Source: Thermoplasmata archaeon (GTDB taxonomy: Archaea > Thermoplasmatota > Thermoplasmata > UBA10834). From it: DNA of 64,000 nucleotides. Under the pieces are notes generated by a model. The model did no database searches, had not been told where the DNA came from, and was given only the letters and a program-made list of their open reading frames with translations. The position numbers and the translations under genes were made by a program. The stretch is from NCBI GenBank assembly GCA_041559015.1, contig JBFFED010000003.1, positions 7,495-71,494 on the forward strand, in the 5' to 3' direction. Of this stretch, positions 46,285 to 54,368 are shown piece after piece (position 1 is the first letter of the stretch; every line of letters starts with the position of its first letter).

Positions 46285-46544
46285 CTCTTCACCTCCGAAC
46301 CGACAGACTTGAGCTTGAGATACTCCTGCCAGACGGCGTCCAGGTAATCCTGTTCGCTCCCCGACGGTATGTAGTTGTATATCTTCAGCTGCCTCATGAG
46401 GAACTCCTTGACGGACCCCTCGGCCTGGTCGCCGAGAAGCCTGGCGGCGCGGAGTATGTCATCCAGCTGGGATATCCCCACGCTCTGCCCACCCACGGTT
46501 ATCGTCCTTACGCTTGTTCTCCCCGGACAGCACGCTCCTGGCAT
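46281..46544 (-). CDS. Small hypothetical protein with an N-terminal vicinal cysteine pair
   Basis: 87 aa beginning MPGACCPGRTS. It overlaps the thioredoxin start by 4 nt and lies 7 nt after the permease stop. No family was recognised. Confidence 0.5.
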   Translation of the reverse strand: MPGACCPGRTSVRTITVGGQSVGISQLDDILRAARLLGDQAEGSVKEFLMRQLKIYNYIPSGSEQDYLDAVWQEYLKLKSVGSEVKR

Positions 46545-46551
46545 CTCTTGG

Positions 46552-47673
46552 TCACCCCGCGAACAGACCGAATATCATCCCCGCGGCCGTCGTGAACACG
46601 ACCACGAGCAGGACATAGACGGCTATCTTCTTCTTGCCCATTATCCTCCCGGTCACGAGCACGCTCTGGAACGACAGTTCGGGGTCGGCCAGCAGATACG
46701 CCAGCAGAGGCCCTTTCGCCATCCCGAGGTCGAGGAACATCCTCGCGACCGGCACCTCGACGAGCGTCGGGAAGTACATGAACACGCCGAACAGGACCGC
46801 TATCAGCACCGCGGATAGGTTGTTGCTGCCGAGATACTCTCCCACCACCTCTTCCGGTATGAGCGCGGAGGCCACGCCAGCGACGAACACCCCTATGAGA
46901 AGCAGGGGAATTATCATCTTGGCGAAGAAGTAGGTCTCGTTCATCCACGATCTGTTCTCAGTCCTGGTGTTCGTCCTCCATGCCCATGCGATGGACGCCG
47001 CCACGGTCAGGACGAGGCCCGCGACTCTCAGGCTGAGTGGCATCGGCGCGGTCCCGACCACCAGGATAGACACGAGGAGCACGAACAGCACGCTGCTCTT
47101 GTGTCGAAGCAGCCTTGAGAAAGCCGAGGCCTTCTGAACGGCGACTTCTGGGATGGCGGTGGCCGGGGTGCCCTTCGTGAAGGCGTCATCGGCTCGCGGA
47201 GCAGTACGCGCTCTGAACACTAGCCCTGTCCTCTCGAAGATGAGCATCATGAGTATGCCGATGGTTATCCCGAAGGCTATTGCCAGCACTGCCCTGGCAA
47301 AGGCGATGTCCCATCCGATCAGGCTGCCCGTGTATGTTATCGCGAGGAGGTTGATCGCTGGTCCGGTGAACAGGAAGGTCACCGCGGGGCCGAGGCCCGC
47401 ACCCTTCTTCCATATCCCCGCGAACAGGGGGAGGATCGTACACGAGCAGACGGCGATGAGGAGCCCGGCCACCGACGCTATCGGATATGAGATGTACGCG
47501 GGAGTCTCCTTGCCCAGATACTTCGTGACGGACTCCTTGGTGAAGAGCGCGGACAGAGCACCGGCGATGAAGAAGGCGGGAACGAGGCATATGAGCACGT
47601 GGGCCGAGAGGTAGTTCACCAGGCCGTCGATGCCTGCGATGAAGAGGGAGCCGAGGTAATCGAGGACGCTCAT
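46552..47673 (-). CDS. Permease of the UPF0718/DUF318 (ArsP/YraQ-like) family
   Basis: 373 aa and polytopic, with the Cys pair in TM context IAVCSCTILPLFAGIWKKG. Confidence 0.78.
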   Translation of the reverse strand: MSVLDYLGSLFIAGIDGLVNYLSAHVLICLVPAFFIAGALSALFTKESVTKYLGKETPAYISYPIASVAGLLIAVCSCTILPLFAGIWKKGAGLGPAVTFLFTGPAINLLAITYTGSLIGWDIAFARAVLAIAFGITIGILMMLIFERTGLVFRARTAPRADDAFTKGTPATAIPEVAVQKASAFSRLLRHKSSVLFVLLVSILVVGTAPMPLSLRVAGLVLTVAASIAWAWRTNTRTENRSWMNETYFFAKMIIPLLLIGVFVAGVASALIPEEVVGEYLGSNNLSAVLIAVLFGVFMYFPTLVEVPVARMFLDLGMAKGPLLAYLLADPELSFQSVLVTGRIMGKKKIAVYVLLVVVFTTAAGMIFGLFAG

Positions 47674-47682
47674 CCTATCTTC

Positions 47683-47759
47683 TCAAGTATTTCTAACAAA
47701 GTTGAAATATCCTGACGACTATAAGGGCTTTGTGGTTTCAAAGAAAATTGAAGTATCCT
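47683..47759. promoter_or_regulatory. Repeated motif in the divergent permease/arsR intergenic region
   Basis: TTGAAATATCCT (47702-47713) and TTGAAGTATCCT (47748-47759) match at 11 of 12 positions, 46 nt apart. A third related copy, TCAAGTAT, is at 47683-47690. The stretch is AT-rich. Confidence 0.3.
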
Positions 47760-47779
47760 TGAGGGGGACCGTCAGGGAG

Positions 47780-48109
47780 ATGGAGGTGCCTCCAGAGGTG
47801 TCCAGGGGGATGAACGAGATCGGGGGCGCGAAGTCATTGGAGAGGGGGATCCCCAGACCAGACCGCATCACCGCGGTGGCCAGGCATCACATGGCCCTCT
47901 CGGACGAGATAAGGCTGAGATTGCTGTACGCCCTTTCTGTGACCGACCTGTGCCCCTGCATAATGAAGATGCTGTCCGGCACCAGCGACTCGAAGCTGTC
48001 CTATCACCTGAAGCTGCTCGAGTCCGAGGGGCTGATTACCGCGAAGCGCGTCAAGAACTGGCGGATATACTCGATATCAGAGAAGGGCCGCAGATCGCTC
48101 AAGCTCTGA
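47780..48109 (+). CDS. arsR: ArsR/SmtB-family metalloregulator
   Basis: The HTH region is ALSDEIRLRLLYALSVTDLCPCIMKMLSGTSDSKLSYHLKLLESEGLI, with a CPC pair in the alpha3-equivalent position. The ATG at 47780 is preferred over the TTG at 47702. Confidence 0.83.
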   Translation: MEVPPEVSRGMNEIGGAKSLERGIPRPDRITAVARHHMALSDEIRLRLLYALSVTDLCPCIMKMLSGTSDSKLSYHLKLLESEGLITAKRVKNWRIYSISEKGRRSLKL

Positions 48110-48142
48110 AGCGACCTACGCTCATAACCGGGGGATCACGGC

Positions 48143-49123
48143 GTGGCGAAGAGGAGGACCAAGGAAGAACAGGACAGGAAGCGGTTGCTCTCCGAAGGCT
48201 ACACTGAATGCTCGGGCTGCGGCACGCTCCTCAAGCCAAAGGCAAGGAGGTGCGGCAAGTGCGGGACACTCACATACTCTGCCAAGAAGGCCATCTACGC
48301 CATCGCGGCCGTGGCGATGGTGGTGGCCGCCTCCGTTCTTGCCTACGCATACTATCCACGAGATGAGTACAGAGTGCTCCCCAGCGTGGTGGAGTTCTCC
48401 CCGAGCGGCTACGGTGCCTCGACGGGGACCCACATCACGGCGACATTCAACCGGCCCATGGACCGGGTTTCAGTCGAATCCTCGTTCACCATCCATCCGA
48501 CGGTCACGGGATCGTTCTCGTGGGCAGGGACGACGATGACATTCACGCCATCGAGCCCGCTGCTGGACCAGACATATTACACCGCGACGGTCGGGTCGGG
48601 CGCGAGGGATGCGGACGGCTCGCAGCTGGACTGTGTCGTCTTCACGTGGTCATTCTTCACTGGCAGCCTTCCGACTGAGAGAAGAGATGTTGGGACCGGC
48701 CCAGAAGACTTCTGGACAGTCTACCCGCCCTCGCACCCGTCGAGCGGCGGCTCGGTGCAACACCCCCAGTGGGTGCTCTCAGCCCTCGAGAGCGGAGTTG
48801 TGTTGATATTCGACCACAGCGAGGGGTGCGCCCCGTGCATCACGCAGGGGACCATATGCGAGGCAATCTCCTCCGCCAACCCGGATATCAGGTATTACGA
48901 CCTCTTGTCCGGAACGGACGAGCCGCAGGCATCCGAGGCGTTCGCGGCGTACGACCCCTCTGGAGGCATACACTATGTCCCGCTCACCATCGTGATCACA
49001 TGGGTGCAGTCGCCATATGGCGGCGTGGCAGTCGGGTGGCATAGCTGGGAGGGCGTCATCGACCAGACCTCCCTCATGAGCTGGATCGCCGATGCGAAAT
49101 CACACTATGATGGGAACAGTTGA
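48143..49123 (+). CDS. Membrane protein: cytosolic zinc ribbon, TM helix, extracytoplasmic Ig-like (SbsA/Big_5-type) domain and thioredoxin-fold domain (CAPC)
   Basis: The zinc ribbon is CSGCGTLLKPKARRCGKCG and the TM helix is IYAIAAVAMVVAASVLAYAY. The Ig-like segment is FSPSGYGASTGTHITATFNRPMDRVSVESSFTIHP...TFTPSSPL. The Trx-like part is VLIFDHSEGCAPCITQ with a cis-Pro (HYVPLT). Confidence 0.65.
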   Translation: MAKRRTKEEQDRKRLLSEGYTECSGCGTLLKPKARRCGKCGTLTYSAKKAIYAIAAVAMVVAASVLAYAYYPRDEYRVLPSVVEFSPSGYGASTGTHITATFNRPMDRVSVESSFTIHPTVTGSFSWAGTTMTFTPSSPLLDQTYYTATVGSGARDADGSQLDCVVFTWSFFTGSLPTERRDVGTGPEDFWTVYPPSHPSSGGSVQHPQWVLSALESGVVLIFDHSEGCAPCITQGTICEAISSANPDIRYYDLLSGTDEPQASEAFAAYDPSGGIHYVPLTIVITWVQSPYGGVAVGWHSWEGVIDQTSLMSWIADAKSHYDGNS

Positions 49124-49137
49124 GGCCGTGCAGTACC

Positions 49138-50541
49138 ATGAACCCCAGGCGTCTATCCCTCTTTGTCATCGTCTCATGCCTTCTTGTGGTGGTCGCCCTT
49201 GCGGCGTTGGCCTCTTCGTGGTTCGACGATCAAGGGCAGAGCCTTGGCCAGCCAGCCGACATGTTCGAGGTCGATGACAGGCTCGGGCAGCGGGTGTCTC
49301 TGGCAGACAACGTGGGCAAGGTGACTGTGATTCATTTCACCCAGGTGGAGAACCCGCTCTGCATCGAATGCGAGGCATATATTCGTCTTCAGATAGAGGA
49401 GCTCGAGAGCCTAGTGGGTTCGACGGGCTCGGAGATAGACGTGATCACGGTGAACATCCGCAAGAACCCTTATTCTGAGACGGGCTGGAAACTTGTTGAG
49501 GACTGGTACGGCACGAACATAAGCTGGCACTGGATAGAGGAGTCCGAGCCTTTCCCAGTCTCGAGCGCGTACTTGCAGTACTGGGACGTCAGCGGGGCCT
49601 TCTCCAACCCGACCCTCGTGCTGGTCGACCAGGACCTCACCGTGGTAGGCGTGTACAACGTCTACTGCATAGGCAAGGGCGTGGTCGACGGGGTTCGAAG
49701 CGCAAGTGAGCTGGAGGAGGATGCCGCTGCGATCCTGGCCGGCGAGTGGACCCTGCCTTCAGATGGCTCCGCAGGGGAGGCCGTGGTCGGCGTCGGAGGG
49801 ATGTTCCTGCTGGGGGTCATAACCTCGTTCTCTCCGTGTTCCCTCGCGCTCCTGATGGCCGTCATCTCGTTCATCGGGGCCGCGGCCATGGGCTCGGGGA
49901 GGCAAGAGGGCGTACCGTCGAGACATCAGTCCTTGGGCCTGAGAATCGGCATCGCCTTCACGGGCGGAACCGCACTGGTGTTCCTCATCTTCGGGCTGGC
50001 GATCTCCTACATAGGCAGCTTCGTCCAGATGTCATCGACTTTCTACCTCATCTCCGGAATCATACTCGTGGTCCTGGGGATTAACATAATCCGTCCGATC
50101 GGGGACCTGCTCAGGAGAGGGTTGTCAGCTATACGTGAAGGGCCCTCGTGCCCGATGCCACCCGCAGGCGGGCAAGAGAACACCCTGCAGGGAAGGCTGA
50201 AGTCGTTGAGCCGGAGGTCCCCCGAGCTCGCAGGGTTCCTGCTAGGCATCCTGTTCTCCCTTGGATGGGCGCCCTGCGCCCTGTCCCTAGTGTTCCCAGT
50301 CCTGATACTGCTGATATCCCAGAACATCTCGATGTTGACCGGTGGGATACTCATGCTCGCGTTCGGGCTCGGACACGGGGTCGCGATCATACCGTTCTGC
50401 GCCGCCACTAGCGAGATAAAGGGAGCCCTCGGCAACAAGTACATCTTCCTGTCGAGATGGATTCAGGTGATATTCGCAGGGGCGGTTGTCATCATCGGAA
50501 TCCTCTTCGCTGCGAGGTATTTCGGCTTCAACCTGTGGTGA
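49138..50541 (+). CDS. Fusion of a TlpA/redoxin-like domain (CIEC) with a CcdA/DsbD-type transmembrane electron transporter
   Basis: An N-terminal anchor is followed by GKVTVIHFTQVENPLCIECE. A 6-TM CcdA-like core then carries the two conserved Cys residues (SFSPCSLALL and LGWAPCALSL). The alternative TTG start at 49120 overlaps the previous stop. Confidence 0.8.
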   Translation: MNPRRLSLFVIVSCLLVVVALAALASSWFDDQGQSLGQPADMFEVDDRLGQRVSLADNVGKVTVIHFTQVENPLCIECEAYIRLQIEELESLVGSTGSEIDVITVNIRKNPYSETGWKLVEDWYGTNISWHWIEESEPFPVSSAYLQYWDVSGAFSNPTLVLVDQDLTVVGVYNVYCIGKGVVDGVRSASELEEDAAAILAGEWTLPSDGSAGEAVVGVGGMFLLGVITSFSPCSLALLMAVISFIGAAAMGSGRQEGVPSRHQSLGLRIGIAFTGGTALVFLIFGLAISYIGSFVQMSSTFYLISGIILVVLGINIIRPIGDLLRRGLSAIREGPSCPMPPAGGQENTLQGRLKSLSRRSPELAGFLLGILFSLGWAPCALSLVFPVLILLISQNISMLTGGILMLAFGLGHGVAIIPFCAATSEIKGALGNKYIFLSRWIQVIFAGAVVIIGILFAARYFGFNLW

Positions 50542-50791
50542 GCGTTTCCATGTCCCTTCTTCCGTCTATCGAGCGCTTGGTCGAACATGACTTCGAGCAT
50601 ATCCCGGAGATGTAGGCAGCATGGATGAGAAGGCCAAGGAGGCAGCGGGCACAGCAGCATCGGCTAGAAGACGCAGCCAGCCACGTCTCAGGCACTACAT
50701 TGCCGTTGTTGGGCGACTCGGCATAGGGCCTCCCCAGGGGCCGACCGCCAAGTGAACACGACACAAGACACGTTTGGTGAGGCGGTGGACT

Positions 50792-50923
50792 ATGGACGCA
50801 ACCGCAATCGAAGGGCTGACCAAGCGCTACGGAGACTCAGCCGCAGTCGACCACACAGGCCTCAAGATTGGCGAGGGCGAGTTCTTCGGCCCGCTCATTA
50901 GCGGCATCGTCGGTGGACATTAG
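50792..50923 (+). pseudogene. 5' remnant of an ABC-transporter ATP-binding protein gene
   Basis: The 43 codons read MDATAIEGLTKRYGDSAAVDHTGLKIGEGEFFG and then diverge (PLISGIVGGH*) exactly where Walker A (GLLGPNGAGKT) is expected. No remainder of the gene follows. Confidence 0.6.
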
Positions 50924-51010
50924 TGAGGCCAGGCACCCGGACCACACACAATTCACGCTGGCACAAAAGCCTAAGATGGGGAACAGCGATTCGCCCACTG
51001 TCAGGAGGAA

Positions 51011-54000
51011 ATGACGGAAGGATTCGCACCCCAGCAGTCCTTCATGGACCGTGCCATCGAACTAGAGAGGCAATATGATTGGCTCGGGGCGGCAGGGACC
51101 TACGAAGAGGCCCTGAAGTCGCTTCCCAAGACCGAGCCCCTGAGAACCGGTGACATCCTCGAGCGGAGAGCCTATGCTCTGTACAAGGGGGCGCTGCAGG
51201 CTGAGAACGTCGAGGAGTTCGAGGGCAGCGCGGACAGGGCGACCAAGGCGTACGAGGAGGCGAAGGCCATTTACCTCACAGCCGAGAATGAGTACGGCAA
51301 GCCGAGGGTGAGCAGGTGCGATGCCATGCTCGCCTTCATGACATTCCTGAGAGCGGCCGACGCGGACCATAGACGGACGGCGGCCTGCGAATCCTGGAAT
51401 CATGCGAAGGGCTCCCTGGACGCTTTCGCCTCCCTTGATGAGATGCACGAGTTCTGCAGGACATTCTATGATCTTTCATTGGCTGCGATCTACTACTCCA
51501 ATCTCGTGCCCGATTACGAGACCAGGAAGAAGGCTTGGACCGAAGCGACCAGTTGTGGGGAGAGAGCAGCCACGTTCGCCCTTGCGGATGAGGACCAAGA
51601 CCTCTGCATAGGAATTCTGGTCCTCGTGGCGGCCCTACTGCACAGGGGAGGCTACTGCGGGCTCTGTGATGAATCCCCTCAGTACTGTCACGAGCAATCG
51701 ATTGACCTCTGGAGGAAGGCCGATTCACTGTCGAAGGACAAAGCCCTCTCAAGCGCACCCATAGCATGGATTACGGGAGATGCCGTGATCGATTCCTCAT
51801 GGGACACGGCCACGCAACTGGAGGCTTTCAGGAAGGCACTCGAGTTGGTCCGCCCGTCAAGAAACAGATTGATTATCGGGCATGCTCATGCTGCGGTCTC
51901 GTTCTTCGCCCACTGGATAGGAGACCTGAATGAGGATCCGGAACAGGGCAGTGCGCTGATGGCCGAAGCCCTGGAGAGTGCTCTGGAGGCCGGGCGTGAG
52001 TTTCTGAAGATTGGGTTCTTGGCTGAGACAGGGCACAACATATGGGTCATGTCACCCCAGTCAGATTACTATGTATTCATGGCTCGTAACGAGAAGGATC
52101 TCAAGAAGAAACGGCAGTACACGGAAGAGGGACTCAAGGCCTTTCCTGAGTATGAGAGGCTCTCACGTCTGGCTGGGTATACATGGCAGACATTGAGTGT
52201 CGAGGGCAGTAACGGCAGCCTTCTATGGAGTATGGCGATGACTGAGGCAGAAACGGGCACTAAGCGCACCCTGCTGCAGAAGGGCGTGGACCTTCTTAGG
52301 AAGTCCGCTGAGCGTCTCGAGATATGGGACTCCGGGAATCCGTACAACCTCGGCATATTCCACTTCTGGCTAGCCTTTGCTCTGAATGACCTGGCTGAGA
52401 CGACCTCGGACAAGGATTCCAGGGCTAGAATCATCCGAGAGGCAATACTCGTGGGGGAGAAATCGAACCGAGAATACGAGGAAGGAATGAAGGCCGCATA
52501 CATGGCACAGGACCAGCCAACCGTGGCGGGCCTGGCCTGGGGCCTTGATCGACTTGGACGAGCGTATTGCAGCCTCTTTGAACTCGAGCGCGATCGCGAC
52601 CTCCTCAGACACGCCCTGGAATCCTATGAGAAGGCCAGTGAGTTGTACACGGACAGCATGAGTCCGAGCATGGCCGCGGAGAGCCTCTGGAAAGCTGCAA
52701 GGATCTACGACCAACTTGAGAACCACGTGAGATCCGGAGAGAGATTCCTGTCGGCTTCGAGAGGTTACAGAGAGGGTGCGGAGAAGATACCTAGTCTCAA
52801 GGACTTGTTCTCTGAGCAGGCGACGTACCTGGAGGCCTGGGCCGAGTTCGAGAAGGCCAAGCACTGTCATTCGCGTCAGGAGTACCTGCAGGCCCACTCG
52901 CACTTCGAGAAGGCGGCTCAGCTGCATGAAGGACTTGACAAATGGCGGTTCCTCTCATCCAATTACCGCGCATGGGCGCTCGCCGACAAGGCAGAGGCGC
53001 TCAGCAGAGAAGACAGGCGGGCCGAGGCAGCCAAGGCCTTCGAGGAGGCAGCTGACCTTTTCAACGCATCGGGCGTCGCGTTGAAGGAGACAGGGAAGAA
53101 TGCTGAGAATGAAGACGAGAAGCGGATGATCTCTCGCCTGCTTGGCGCGTCTCACCCAAGACGAGAGTACTGCCTAGCGAGGGCGATGATCGAGAGGGCC
53201 CGTCAGATGGATGTCAACGGCATGAGCTCGTCGAGCAGCGAGATGTACCGTACTGCCGCGGACGAGCTCGAACGGCTCGCCAGCGAGGCGATATCCGAGA
53301 AAGACCGGAAGGACATCAAGCTGCTCGCCGTCATTTCAAGGGCCTGGCAGAAGATGAACCAGGCAGAAGCTGAGATCTCCCCGGAGCCATATGCCCATGC
53401 CGCACTCCTGTTCGAGGAGGTGAAAGAGCTCAGCACGAACGACAAGGCGAAGGCGCTCTCCCTCGGGCACAGTCGATTCTGCATGGCCTTGGAGGCTGGA
53501 ACCAAGTTCGCTGACACCAGGGAACCTGCCTTGCACACGGCCGCCATCAAGAACCTCGAGAGCGCCTCGTCATTCTATGTCAAAGCGGGCGCGGACAGAT
53601 GCTCGGAGTACGCTCGGGCCAGCAAGTTGCTGTTCGACGCCTATGCCTACCTTGCAGAAGCAGGCCAAGAGAAGGACCAGGAGAAGGCAGCGAAGACCTA
53701 CGCAAGGGCAGAGAAGGTCCTTAAGGCCTCTTCGGATTCATATGACAGGGCCGGACAGGGAGCGAAGAAGGACCAGGTGCTCAAGCTCCTCGAGAGGGTG
53801 AGGAAAGAGCGCGAGTTGGCCGTTTCGCTTATGGAAGTCTTCGAGGCCCCCACTGGAGCCTCCTCGACCGATGCATTCGGTGCCCCTATGCCGTCCCAGG
53901 AAGAAGCCGTTGGCCTGGACCGCTTCGCTCATGCGGATGTGCAGGCTGCTCTGATAATCCAGAGGAACGACGTCAAAGTCGGAGACGATATGGCAATCGA

Positions 54001-54334
54001 GATAGAGCTGGTGAACGCGGGCAGGGCCTCTGCGCAGCTCACCAAAGTGGAAAACATCATTCCTGTGGGGTTCGACGTACTCTCGAAGCCTGCGACTTAC
54101 CGCATAGAGGACAGCTACATCATGATGAAGGGTAAGCGGCTCGACCCGCTCAAGACGGAAGAGATCGCTCTCGTACTGAGGCCGAAGGTCCAGGGCAGAT
54201 TCACGCTCAGACCGAGGATACTGTACATAGATGACGAGGGTTCGTACAAGGTGCGCGAGGTCGAAGGGTGCGAGATCACCGTGAAGGAGCTCGGGGTCGC
54301 GGGCTGGCTGAAAGGACCAGAGAGGGCCAAATAG
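51011..54334 (+). CDS. Large (1107 aa) alpha-solenoid (SNAP/TPR-like repeat) protein with a C-terminal beta-sandwich domain, paralog A
   Basis: Uninterrupted ORF with AGGAGG 5 nt upstream of the ATG. Helix-pair repeats of the type AAE..W.AA..YD run throughout. The C-terminal ~140 aa are beta-rich (IELVNAGRASAQLTKV). It has no signal peptide, TM helix or P-loop. It is collinear with the next ORF. Confidence 0.8.
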   Translation: MTEGFAPQQSFMDRAIELERQYDWLGAAGTYEEALKSLPKTEPLRTGDILERRAYALYKGALQAENVEEFEGSADRATKAYEEAKAIYLTAENEYGKPRVSRCDAMLAFMTFLRAADADHRRTAACESWNHAKGSLDAFASLDEMHEFCRTFYDLSLAAIYYSNLVPDYETRKKAWTEATSCGERAATFALADEDQDLCIGILVLVAALLHRGGYCGLCDESPQYCHEQSIDLWRKADSLSKDKALSSAPIAWITGDAVIDSSWDTATQLEAFRKALELVRPSRNRLIIGHAHAAVSFFAHWIGDLNEDPEQGSALMAEALESALEAGREFLKIGFLAETGHNIWVMSPQSDYYVFMARNEKDLKKKRQYTEEGLKAFPEYERLSRLAGYTWQTLSVEGSNGSLLWSMAMTEAETGTKRTLLQKGVDLLRKSAERLEIWDSGNPYNLGIFHFWLAFALNDLAETTSDKDSRARIIREAILVGEKSNREYEEGMKAAYMAQDQPTVAGLAWGLDRLGRAYCSLFELERDRDLLRHALESYEKASELYTDSMSPSMAAESLWKAARIYDQLENHVRSGERFLSASRGYREGAEKIPSLKDLFSEQATYLEAWAEFEKAKHCHSRQEYLQAHSHFEKAAQLHEGLDKWRFLSSNYRAWALADKAEALSREDRRAEAAKAFEEAADLFNASGVALKETGKNAENEDEKRMISRLLGASHPRREYCLARAMIERARQMDVNGMSSSSSEMYRTAADELERLASEAISEKDRKDIKLLAVISRAWQKMNQAEAEISPEPYAHAALLFEEVKELSTNDKAKALSLGHSRFCMALEAGTKFADTREPALHTAAIKNLESASSFYVKAGADRCSEYARASKLLFDAYAYLAEAGQEKDQEKAAKTYARAEKVLKASSDSYDRAGQGAKKDQVLKLLERVRKERELAVSLMEVFEAPTGASSTDAFGAPMPSQEEAVGLDRFAHADVQAALIIQRNDVKVGDDMAIEIELVNAGRASAQLTKVENIIPVGFDVLSKPATYRIEDSYIMMKGKRLDPLKTEEIALVLRPKVQGRFTLRPRILYIDDEGSYKVREVEGCEITVKELGVAGWLKGPERAK
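53909..54331 (+). other. C-terminal beta-sandwich-like domain of paralog A
   Basis: VGLDRFAHADVQAALIIQ...IELVNAGRASAQLTKVENIIPVGFDV...GWLKGP shows a CARDB/DUF11-like alternation pattern. About half of its positions are identical to paralog B by eye. Confidence 0.45.
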
Positions 54335-54368
54335 GCAGAGTAAATGGATTCACAAACGGTCTGGAAAC

